Shown: positions 42,201-49,612 of the stretch, one piece after another
Layout of the letters: each line of letters opens with the position of its first letter
Position numbering within the stretch: position 1 is the stretch's first letter
Source of the DNA: an uncultured Bacteroides sp.
Lineage (GTDB): Bacteria; Bacteroidota; Bacteroidia; Bacteroidales; Muribaculaceae
Direction: 5' to 3'
Assembly (NCBI GenBank): GCA_964653375.1
Contig: CAZZFD010000001.1
Coordinates: 60,503-124,502, forward strand
Length of the DNA: 64,000 bases
The notes under the pieces: model-generated
What the model was told of the DNA's origin: nothing
Database searches by the model: none
Seen by the model: only the letters and a program-made list of their open reading frames with translations
Translations under genes and position numbers: made by a program

Positions 42201-43724
42201 TTTTCGCTCGTGCAACTTGTAGGAAATCTCTATGGTGAAAATATGAAACTGAAACTCGGAGTCAATAACACAGCTTATTATTTTAATGATAGCATTAAGT
42301 TTACTCCGGGATTGATAAGTTTCAAGGATATTACTATCAAAGATGAGTTTGGACATACGGCACTTGTCAACGGGCGTGTAACGCATAAATATCTTAAAGA
42401 GGCCGGTTTTGACTTTAATATATCTAAAGCACGCGACATCATGGTATATGACATGAAGGAGTCGGCTGACCGCACATGGTTCGGTCGTGTATTCGCAAAT
42501 GGAGATGTCAATGTCAAAGGTGAGCCCGGATTAGTATCGGTTAATGTGGATATGTCCACTGCACCCGGTACGCAGTTTAATCTTGTTATGTCTAATGCGT
42601 TGAGTGCCCGGAACTATGATTTTATTACATTTCGTGACCGAGACCGTGAAACGAAAGAGTTGATTGCTGCTCAGAATGCTCCCCCTCCTATTGTGACAGA
42701 GCTAAAAAACAAGATGAATGCCGATGATGACAGTAGCAGCAGTGTTTACGAGATGAATTTTGCTCTTGAGGTGACTCCTCAGGCACAGATTACGTTGGTT
42801 ATGGATCCGGTAGCTGGCGACCGTATCCGCGCATATGGCAATGGCAATATGTTACTTGATTATAATTCGCGCGATGATATGTTGAATTTGAAAGGAACAT
42901 ACACCATTGAACGCGGTACATATAATTTTACTTTGCAAGATATTATTATCAAGGAATTTACTCTTGAGGAAGGTAGTAAAATATCCTTCACGGGGGATGC
43001 CAATGCCGCACAGCTCGATATTAAAGCGGCGTATACTCTCAATGCCAATCTCACTGACCTTGATGAATCTTTTGCTGCCGATAAGGAACTTAATCGTACG
43101 AATGTCCCGATTAGTGCTATACTCTTGGTGTCGGGCGACATTCATAGTCCTGAGATAGGTTATGATCTTGCTTTTCCCACGCTGAGTTATGATATGGAGC
43201 AAAAGGTCAGAAGTATAGTCAATACAGAAGAAATGATGAACCGCCAGATTATCTACCTTCTGGCTCTAAATCGTTTTTATACACCTGACTATATGAATAC
43301 TTCCAATCGCAGTAGCGAATTGATGTCAGTGGCTTCATCAACAATATCTTCCCAACTTAGCAGTATGCTCGGGCAATTGAGCGAAAACTGGAATATCTCG
43401 CCTAATTTCCGCAGCGACCGTGGTGATTTTTCCGATGTAGAGGTCAATCTTGCGTTGTCAAGTCATCTGCTTAACAATCGTTTGCTGCTCAACGGAAATT
43501 TCGGTTACCGTGACAAATCGTTGAACAACAACTCGTTTATCGGTGATTTTGATATAGAATATTTGCTGAATCGTTCAGGCTCACTGCGGCTGAAAGCCTA
43601 TAACCGCTATAATGACCAGAATTATTATGTCAAAAGTGCCCTTACCACACAGGGAGTGGGCATCGTTTTTAAGCAGGATTTCGATAATTTGTTTTACTGG
43701 CTTTTCAGAAAGAAAAAGAAGTAA
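39222..43724 (+). CDS. tamB: translocation and assembly module TamB-family protein
   Basis: 1500 aa, N-terminal anchor, beta-rich body and C-terminal NNRLLLNGNFGY...LRLKAYN...TQGVG motif. Confidence 0.85.
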   Translation: MKWIYKSVRAIIMVLLVLIFLVPSGLYIALSMSGVQTAIRDMAESELTKLLGVEVTINDVSITPFNRVKLYGVKVKDAYGNHALEVKKLGAGMSLWSYITQGQVELSYAEIIGMKARIYKSSPDSQLNIQPIIDILSSKDSDKPESKFDFRINTVVIRGGEVSYDVISEPEQTGRFSPDHVHIAAFNADIQLPVIRNDEFNVKIRRFSFQERLSGFELQDFSGLFHLSDTVASVSDLSIRLPNSLIAFRDMRLEYDSLKCLPEEISAIPFSVALLSQSYLTPTDLKAFEPGLAPFDRPLDLLAEVEGVAGKSVNVSVSFNRPGELSLRLKGLVNDPVHAADMTFAVKDFALDISGALPERYPALNLDDKLSKILNNAESIRITASASGAVSDFKVNSVVDMASAQIIADAHFQKEVRDYVVTGSVNVNDANIQSLLSGVASREYLPSMIYATIDYAFRGAGKDMSGKAEVNISEMIYRDNMFRDISLDVKKIHDNYIVDFQSRNPMLDCGLNVDAIYGSADSRLNLTANVTDVDLGRLVPHIPFNDLSGIVDIKVNGSDMDHLQGYVNLSGLKMTKTDGLEVRLDTLSLVCNRDDDNVLITLNSDIADGELRGTCHISTLLPICRELVSNVMPVLDRPEMVRDINLFDTPHKDNDVIIGLRIKDSSPLEAFAKLPVRVIYPVDVSARVNSGQKQMDFTLTAPYLQQGNKLIEDTKVIASLSGSSDSLDSANAQLSFSTLMPTKKGMMKISDRMSVMDNTINNNFSFKIDCDRQFSGSLKMMALLSRNDADAIVTDLNIGRSNMVFNDTSWTVNPSHISLVDKTLTIDDFKADREGQSIMIAGKSTALPDDSITVTLDNVNLDYVFETLNIPNVTFGGNATGKLYAKQVLTSEPIAYTPKLDVQRLKYNYSLLGDGVIKSRWNTPEKAVELNVTINQDNGRTTYVDGRIKPVADSLDLRFDADKVPIGFLSPIMSAFATEVAGEATGDVHLWGTFSLVQLVGNLYGENMKLKLGVNNTAYYFNDSIKFTPGLISFKDITIKDEFGHTALVNGRVTHKYLKEAGFDFNISKARDIMVYDMKESADRTWFGRVFANGDVNVKGEPGLVSVNVDMSTAPGTQFNLVMSNALSARNYDFITFRDRDRETKELIAAQNAPPPIVTELKNKMNADDDSSSSVYEMNFALEVTPQAQITLVMDPVAGDRIRAYGNGNMLLDYNSRDDMLNLKGTYTIERGTYNFTLQDIIIKEFTLEEGSKISFTGDANAAQLDIKAAYTLNANLTDLDESFAADKELNRTNVPISAILLVSGDIHSPEIGYDLAFPTLSYDMEQKVRSIVNTEEMMNRQIIYLLALNRFYTPDYMNTSNRSSELMSVASSTISSQLSSMLGQLSENWNISPNFRSDRGDFSDVEVNLALSSHLLNNRLLLNGNFGYRDKSLNNNSFIGDFDIEYLLNRSGSLRLKAYNRYNDQNYYVKSALTTQGVGIVFKQDFDNLFYWLFRKKKK

Positions 43725-43792
43725 ACAGATTGTTTGACTTCACTTGTCAGGCGGTCATTTCACTTGGGTTTCAAAAAAATCAGGGGAAATGA

Positions 43793-43825
43793 TTTGTGTC
43801 GATAGCAATTTTATAATTATATTTG
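43793..43825 (+). promoter_or_regulatory. Bacteroidetes -33/-7 promoter driving the long leader and the LRR gene
   Basis: TTTG (43793-43796), 21-nt spacer, TATATTTG (43818-43825); the first hairpin starts 5 nt downstream. Confidence 0.7.
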
Positions 43826-43829
43826 TGAG

Positions 43830-44220
43830 CGCATTACCTCCGCAGAGCTGTGTATGCGGGTCTGCGGGAGGGTGCGACAAGTGACCGGTATCCGTGCAGG
43901 TCACAGACATTTTGAAAAAAACGTTTATCAGCGTTTCTGTTCTTGACATTCTGAAATCTGGCAGTTTCATAATCACAGTCAAGGCTGATGCAATGGTAGA
44001 TGCTTATGGATATGTAATTTCGTGCCAATATCTGTTGCCGAGAGGTAATGTTTGTTGGCTGATAGTTGCATATATGCGTGGGCTCTGCACATTGCTTGTC
44101 TAACTGTGATGGGCATAAGCCAGAGCCTCAGAATGTGGGACGAGCAATGATAAGGTACCCACGTTTTTTGTTTTTGTATCGTCCCGGCGTAGGGTATCAG
44201 CCGGGTAAAAACAAACAAAC
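43830..44220 (+). ncRNA. large structured RNA or cis-regulatory leader, family not identified
   Basis: Six or more hand-paired stems with G-U pairs favouring the + strand, a GAGA (GNRA) tetraloop, long-range complementarity and an internal U-tract; details in findings. Confidence 0.6.
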
Positions 44221-44227
44221 CAATCCT

Positions 44228-45442
44228 ATGTTTTTTCGCAAAACTTATTTATTGTTCACCTCGCTGCTAATGGTGCTGTTCAGCAGCTGCTCTGATTCAG
44301 ACCCGGTAATTTCGGTTACCTCAATTGAAATAACCCCTGCGCTAATTACTATGATTGAAGGTGAAACGTATGATCTTTCTGTTACTATAAACCCTAATGA
44401 AGTTTCCGGAGTACATATAACTTGGCAATCGTCTGATTCAAAAGTAGCAACGGTAGCCGAGGGCACGGTGACAGCCATAGCCGAGGGTACAGCAACCATT
44501 ACTGTTATAGCCGGGAGCTGTAAGGCAGAGTGTAAAGTAACCGTCTATCCAGCATCGTGGATTGATGCGGAATTTGCTAAAGTCCTTCAGAAAAATGGTT
44601 ACATCAAAGATGCTGCCACAGTAACGCCATCGGAAGTAGAGAATCTTACTTATATTGATGTTTGTTTAGAATCGTTGACATCGCTTAAAGGAATAGAATA
44701 TTTTTCATCGTTACAAGAATTACAATGTCGATCTAATAAATTGAGTTCGCTTGATGTCAGCAAGAACGCGCAGTTGACAAGGCTTTGGTGTGGCAACAAC
44801 CATCTGACGACGCTTGATGTCAGCAAGAACGCGCAGTTGACAGCGCTTTCGTGCTACAACAACTACCTGACGACGCTTGATGTCAGCAAGAACATGCAGT
44901 TGAGCATTCTTTATTGCGACAATAACGAGCTGACGGCGCTTGATGTAAGTAAGAACACGCAGTTGATATATCTTGGTTGCTCCGCCAACAACCTGACGAC
45001 GCTTGATGTCAGTAAGGACACGCAGTTAACAGAGCTTTCGTGCGACATAAGCAACCTGACGACGCTTGATGTCAGTAAGAACACGCAGTTGACAAAGCTT
45101 TCGTGCTACAAAAACAACCTGACGACGCTTGATGTGAGCAAGAACACGCAGTTGGGAACGCTTTCGTGCTCCTCCAACAATCTGACGACGCTTGATATTA
45201 GTAAAAACACGCAGTTGACAGAGCTTTCGTGCTACAAAAACAACCTGTCGTCGCTTGATATTTCAAAAAACACTTTGCTTGCTGAATTTTTATGTTACGA
45301 TAATCCCGGTAGTAATGGGCAATTTAGGGTGAAGGCTTGGTTTGACAACAATTCCGTGCCGTCGAAAATAACTTCCTATCATTTTTATATATCATCTTGG
45401 TCGTATAATGGGGAGACGGTGACATTATACTATTATCAATAA
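44228..45442 (+). CDS. surface lipoprotein with bacterial Ig-like (Big_2) domain and leucine-rich repeats
   Basis: Lipobox FSSC followed by acidic SDSD; ITWQSSDSKVATV...GTATITV Ig-like motif; LTSLKGIEYF cap and 21-aa LRRs. Start at 44228 preferred over 44066. Confidence 0.88.
   Translation: MFFRKTYLLFTSLLMVLFSSCSDSDPVISVTSIEITPALITMIEGETYDLSVTINPNEVSGVHITWQSSDSKVATVAEGTVTAIAEGTATITVIAGSCKAECKVTVYPASWIDAEFAKVLQKNGYIKDAATVTPSEVENLTYIDVCLESLTSLKGIEYFSSLQELQCRSNKLSSLDVSKNAQLTRLWCGNNHLTTLDVSKNAQLTALSCYNNYLTTLDVSKNMQLSILYCDNNELTALDVSKNTQLIYLGCSANNLTTLDVSKDTQLTELSCDISNLTTLDVSKNTQLTKLSCYKNNLTTLDVSKNTQLGTLSCSSNNLTTLDISKNTQLTELSCYKNNLSSLDISKNTLLAEFLCYDNPGSNGQFRVKAWFDNNSVPSKITSYHFYISSWSYNGETVTLYYYQ
44741..45307 (+). 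repeat. nine tandem 63-bp coding repeats (21-aa LRR)
   Basis: Consensus CTGACGACGCTTGATGTCAGYAAGAACACGCAGTTGACANNGCTTTCGTGCNNCANNAACAAC; units start at 44741, 44804, 44867, 44930, 44993, 45056, 45119, 45182 and 45245. Confidence 0.95.
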
Positions 45443-45463
45443 TACTTGAAAACATAGAATAAT

Positions 45464-45500
45464 CAAGAGGCTGTCTAACGAATTATTTGACAGCCTCTTG
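45464..45500. terminator. 12-bp perfect palindrome (terminator or REP-like) after the LRR gene
   Basis: CAAGAGGCTGTC-N13-GACAGCCTCTTG. Confidence 0.6.
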
Positions 45501-45541
45501 GCGTGATGTAAGGTTGTAAAAATTTTCTTTTCTTATATAAA

Positions 45542-45571
45542 ATGGCGCTGACAGAAATCTGTCAGCGTCAT
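45542..45571 (-). terminator. hairpin, probable terminator for the PPi-PFK gene
   Basis: ATGGCGCTGACAGA-AA-TCTGTCAGCGTCAT, with T-rich sequence following on the minus strand. Confidence 0.55.
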
Positions 45572-45622
45572 GCAAGCTGGAAAAAGGATTAATAATCCGG
45601 AAAAATAGTTTCCGGTGTTGGA

Positions 45623-47269
45623 TTATTTGTCGAGGTGTTCGTATTGAAGTGTCTTGGTGGGCTGGTCACATACTTCGGCGGGACCGAAATACTGGATAGG
45701 ACCGGGGTAAACATATTCTGTCTTCAGAGCCCAGTCGGCGCGTTTGGCAGCGAAACGCTGGAAAGGAGTGCCGTCAAGACGTACGAGAGCTTTTTGTATA
45801 ACCGGTTTCATTTCACCATGGCGACGTTCCATATTGAACATCATTGAGATAGGTACACCACCGGCAAGCCACTGAACAGAAGGTTTGGTGAGATTGCGGA
45901 GGCTTGAGATGTAGCCTGTAACACCTGCATTGATAAGGCAAGCGGCATTGTAGCCGAGTGCGTAGCAATAGTCGGCATCGAAATTGGAAGGAGCGGCGCA
46001 ACGACCTTCATAACCGAAGAAGTGGTGCTGGGGAGCGAATTTACCTTTATATTCACCGGCTTCAGCCATCTCTTTAAGGCGTTTGCCTACCATTTCCGAA
46101 AGAAGTTTTTCAGTTTCGATGAGTGAAACCTGTACATTGCCGTGGGGGTCACGGTCAAGCGTGAGCTGGCGGGCTACGCCTTCGGGGAGTGAAGCGAATA
46201 CCTCGGCATTGTTTTTTGAAAGGTTGTCGAGTACATACTTGCGCTGTTCGGCTGCACTGAGTGTGGTAAATTCAGGACTTTGTGCAAGCAGGTCGTTGAG
46301 CTCGGCGATGAGAGCTTTCATGGCGGGAATGAACTCGATGAGACCTTCAGGAATCAGAACAGTTCCGAAGTTGTTGCCTTCGGCAGCACGGGCTGCAACT
46401 GTAGCGGCAATTGATTCAACCACATCGGCCAAGGTCATGTTTTTGGCCTCGACTTCTTCTGAGATAATACAGATATTTGGTTGAGTCTGCAAAGCACATT
46501 CCAATGCTATATGTGAAGCGGAGCGACCCATGAGTTTGATGAAGTGCCAGTATTTTTTAGCTGACACGCAGTCACGCTGAATATTGCCTATGAGTTCAGA
46601 ATATACTTTAGTAGCTGTATCGAATCCGAATGATGCTTCCACAACATCATTCTTGAGGTCTCCGTCAATGGTCTTGGGACAGCCTATTACCTGTACTCCG
46701 GCATTGATGGCTTTATAATATTCGGCCAAAATAGCGGCATTGGTATTGGAATCATCACCACCAATAATAACTAATGCTGAAATTCCGAGTTCTTTGAGTA
46801 TCTTAAGACCTTTGTCAAATTGTTCCTTTGTTTCAAGTTTGGTACGGCCTGAACCGATGATATCGAATCCACCTGTATTACGGTATTCATCGATGATATC
46901 TGATGTAAGCTCGATGTATTTATGGTCAACCAGACCGCCGGGGCCCATGAGGAAACCAAAAAGACGGCTGTCTTTGTTGATTTTTTTGATGCCGTCAAAC
47001 AGACCGCAAATCACGTTATGTCCACCGGGAGCTTGTCCGCCGGAAAGGATTACACCTACATTTATCGGTTTGCCGGCAAATGCAGTTGAACTTTTTTCAA
47101 AATGAAGTTCCGGCAGACCGTAAGTATTGGGGAAAAGTTTTTTGATTTCATCTTGGTCGGCTATAGATTCAGTGGGATTACCTTCTACTGCAGTCACCGA
47201 GCCGGTAAGAGAGATGGGTAGTTTGGGTTGGTATGCCGCGCGGGCTACCTGCAAAGCGCTTTTCTTCAT
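45623..47269 (-). CDS. pfp: pyrophosphate-dependent phosphofructokinase
   Basis: [16 protein letters not shown] (PPi-type), PKTIDGD and MGRSASH. Confidence 0.94.
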   Translation of the reverse strand: MKKSALQVARAAYQPKLPISLTGSVTAVEGNPTESIADQDEIKKLFPNTYGLPELHFEKSSTAFAGKPINVGVILSGGQAPGGHNVICGLFDGIKKINKDSRLFGFLMGPGGLVDHKYIELTSDIIDEYRNTGGFDIIGSGRTKLETKEQFDKGLKILKELGISALVIIGGDDSNTNAAILAEYYKAINAGVQVIGCPKTIDGDLKNDVVEASFGFDTATKVYSELIGNIQRDCVSAKKYWHFIKLMGRSASHIALECALQTQPNICIISEEVEAKNMTLADVVESIAATVAARAAEGNNFGTVLIPEGLIEFIPAMKALIAELNDLLAQSPEFTTLSAAEQRKYVLDNLSKNNAEVFASLPEGVARQLTLDRDPHGNVQVSLIETEKLLSEMVGKRLKEMAEAGEYKGKFAPQHHFFGYEGRCAAPSNFDADYCYALGYNAACLINAGVTGYISSLRNLTKPSVQWLAGGVPISMMFNMERRHGEMKPVIQKALVRLDGTPFQRFAAKRADWALKTEYVYPGPIQYFGPAEVCDQPTKTLQYEHLDK

Positions 47270-47375
47270 CGATTTTTATACGTATTATAATATGTGACGA
47301 ATTGTATGATTATATGTGTGCAAAGTTCGTAAATATTTTTGTGAAAGTCAATCGGCAGATGAAATTTATTGATAA

Positions 47376-48665
47376 TTATTTTTCGGGACCGCAGATGGCA
47401 GTCAGCATGGAATCCGGGCGAAGATATTTCTCAGCCATTTGTGCTATGGTATCGGACGTGAGTGAGGCAATGGCCTGTACTTTGTCGTGAAAATAGTTTT
47501 CCGGCAGATCGGCGGTTATTGTAGTGATACTATGTTGGGTGGGACCGAATGGATTGTCAAGCGACGAACGCATTTCTGCAGCGGCAACGCGCTTTATGCG
47601 TGAGAGCTCTTCTCCATGAGGAGGATTGATGATCAGATCCGTTAGTTCGCCGCGCACTTCATCGATTAATTTTTCCACTGCCGTAGGGTCAGTCTGTGCG
47701 CTTATCTCTATGACTGATGATCCGGCGTATCCGTATAGTAAGGATCTGATGCCGTAGGTAAGCCCTTTTTCTTCGCGGATATTGGTCATGAGGCGACTGC
47801 TGAAATATCCCCCTAACGCAAATACTGTGAGATTGAGTGGCAGATAGTCGGGGTGATTTCGGGCTATGGCAGGGATATTTATGACTACAGCGCTTTGTGA
47901 GGCCTGATCAACGGTAGTCGAAAGTGTGGTCAACGGAGTTAATGGAGAAAATGGGATATTAATCAATTGCGAAGGCTGAGCAGACACAGGCAGATGGTCG
48001 CAGGCATCGGTTATCATTTGCTCAATCTTTGTTGTCAAGTTGCCGCAGACATACAATCGAGAGTTTTTTGCCGAGTGATATTTGCGATGAAAATCAATAA
48101 GATTTTCAGATTTTAAGTCAAGGATTTCCGCCGGTGTGTCAACGCGTGCCAACGGGTGATTTTCACCCATTACCATCTTGTCGGAAAGACAATGAGCCAT
48201 ATACATCACATCTCTTTGCGATACCTCAATGTTACGGGCCAGAATTTCAGTCCGCGTGCTAACTATTTCAGCCGGATAAGTTGGCGACATAATCATTTCG
48301 GTGATTATCGGCAGAATTTCCGGTAGACGAGAATTGAGTGAAAAGATATTTAATTGTCGGTGGTGGTTGTGAGTATCAGTTGTGAGCCATGCTCCGTTTT
48401 TATCGAGAATATCGGCTATGGTGGCACTATCGAACGATGGTGTGCCTTCGTTGACAAGACCGCCGGCAAGTACAGCCACTGCGGGAGAAGCAGCTTCCGC
48501 TTTCCCGCCTTCAATCAACAGTGTGATACGGCAAACATCTGCTTCGCAACATTGATGAGTAGTGACCTGCATTCCGGATGATAATAGCTGACTGTTGAGC
48601 GATGGAATTGTTAAGTCGTCAATGTCGGTTATCGGTGGAGCGATGCTGCGGAAGTCAGTTGTCAT
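47376..48665 (-). CDS. M16 (pitrilysin-like) peptidase, non-catalytic subunit
   Basis: LGGYFSSRLMTNIREEKGLTYGI; no HXXEH motif. Confidence 0.82.
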   Translation of the reverse strand: MTTDFRSIAPPITDIDDLTIPSLNSQLLSSGMQVTTHQCCEADVCRITLLIEGGKAEAASPAVAVLAGGLVNEGTPSFDSATIADILDKNGAWLTTDTHNHHRQLNIFSLNSRLPEILPIITEMIMSPTYPAEIVSTRTEILARNIEVSQRDVMYMAHCLSDKMVMGENHPLARVDTPAEILDLKSENLIDFHRKYHSAKNSRLYVCGNLTTKIEQMITDACDHLPVSAQPSQLINIPFSPLTPLTTLSTTVDQASQSAVVINIPAIARNHPDYLPLNLTVFALGGYFSSRLMTNIREEKGLTYGIRSLLYGYAGSSVIEISAQTDPTAVEKLIDEVRGELTDLIINPPHGEELSRIKRVAAAEMRSSLDNPFGPTQHSITTITADLPENYFHDKVQAIASLTSDTIAQMAEKYLRPDSMLTAICGPEK

Positions 48666-49420
48666 AGTGGATTGTTGGTTATTAATTGATTAGCTTTGGC
48701 GAGATCTTCAGCAGTGTCAATGCTGAGACTTTTTGTTGAAGCGCAGATTGTTCTGATGGTAAATCCGCCGGCAAGCCAGCGCAATTGTTCAAGTGACTCA
48801 GCTGTCTCCATGTCCGATGGAGGTAATGAGGTTAACCGTAGCAACGTGTCGTAGCGAAAAGCATACGTACCCTGATGTAAGTAAAAATTAGCCTTTTGGC
48901 TCCATTCATCTAATGGATAATTACGTACGAATGGGATAACGGACCGGCTGAAATAGAGCGCATGAGAGGTATTGTCGATTACCACTTTGGGATTGTCGGG
49001 AGAAGTAAGTGTTTCCAGTCCTTCGGCTGGATTATATTTTTGAATCAAGGTGGCAATCTGGCACTTATGATCGGCAAGCATTGCATCGCATAGTGATTTC
49101 AGGTCGGCCGGAGATATAAATGGTTCATCACTTTGCACGTTGACCACTATTTCGGGTTTATATGGAAGTGATTTTACGGCTTCAGCACATCGTTCCGTGC
49201 CACTATTATGAAGCTCTGATGTCATAATTACTTTTCCACCGAACCGAAGTACTTCATCTGCAATTATTTTATCGCATGTAGCTATCCACACATCTTCAAT
49301 AACTTGTTTTACCTGCAGATATGTGCGTTCTATCATCGATTTGTTTCCGATAAGAGCCAATGGCTTACCCGGGAGTCGGGTAGAGGCATAGCGAGCTGGA
49401 ATGATGGCAACGATATTCAT
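48662..49420 (-). CDS. kdsB: 3-deoxy-manno-octulosonate cytidylyltransferase (divergent)
   Basis: IPARYASTRLPGKPL, SGTER, ALYFSRS.IP and ESLEQLRWL. Confidence 0.85.
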   Translation of the reverse strand: MNIVAIIPARYASTRLPGKPLALIGNKSMIERTYLQVKQVIEDVWIATCDKIIADEVLRFGGKVIMTSELHNSGTERCAEAVKSLPYKPEIVVNVQSDEPFISPADLKSLCDAMLADHKCQIATLIQKYNPAEGLETLTSPDNPKVVIDNTSHALYFSRSVIPFVRNYPLDEWSQKANFYLHQGTYAFRYDTLLRLTSLPPSDMETAESLEQLRWLAGGFTIRTICASTKSLSIDTAEDLAKANQLITNNPL

Positions 49421-49612
49421 TGTAAAAATGAGTAAAAGCGGTAGTGGCAGATATGTCGGTTATTTTTTTACAAAAGTAAGATAAAAACAGTGAGTGTACG
49501 GTGTTTGCAAGCTATTTTTTTGCTTAAAAATTTTGCATACCAAAAAGTATGTGTAATTTTGCTGAAAATTAACTAATAACCTAATTAATAATTAACTTAA
49601 ATCCTTTATTTA

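Noticed and set aside
43740-43884. Invertible promoter bounded by TCACTTGTC (43740-48) / GACAAGTGA (43876-84)
   Set aside because: Only 9 bp, which is plausible by chance at this distance, and no invertase nearby. Read-orientation data would be needed to revive it.
43844-43885. Group II intron resemblance (GAGCTGTG...CGGGTCTGCGGGAGG and GTGCGAC)
   Set aside because: Too short for a proper domain V hairpin, in the wrong order relative to the GTGCG 5' motif, and no intron-encoded ORF.
43946-44136. IS110-type bridge RNA
   Set aside because: No recombinase is present, and both matching blocks are complementary to the same strand, unlike bridge loops that bind opposite strands.
44066-44227. 54-codon N-terminal extension of the LRR ORF from a TTG start
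   Set aside because: It lies within the structured leader and has no protein-like features; the lipoprotein signal peptide begins at the ATG at 44228.
44741-45307. CRISPR-like periodicity (conserved ~36 nt plus variable ~27 nt)
   Set aside because: The period is exactly 63 bp and in frame, the variable parts are homologous to each other and encode LRR strands, and no cas genes are present.
43730-45620. Complete diversity-generating retroelement
   Set aside because: No reverse transcriptase, Avd or template repeat in the window, and the leader shows no similarity to the LRR repeats. Kept only as a weak trans-acting hypothesis.
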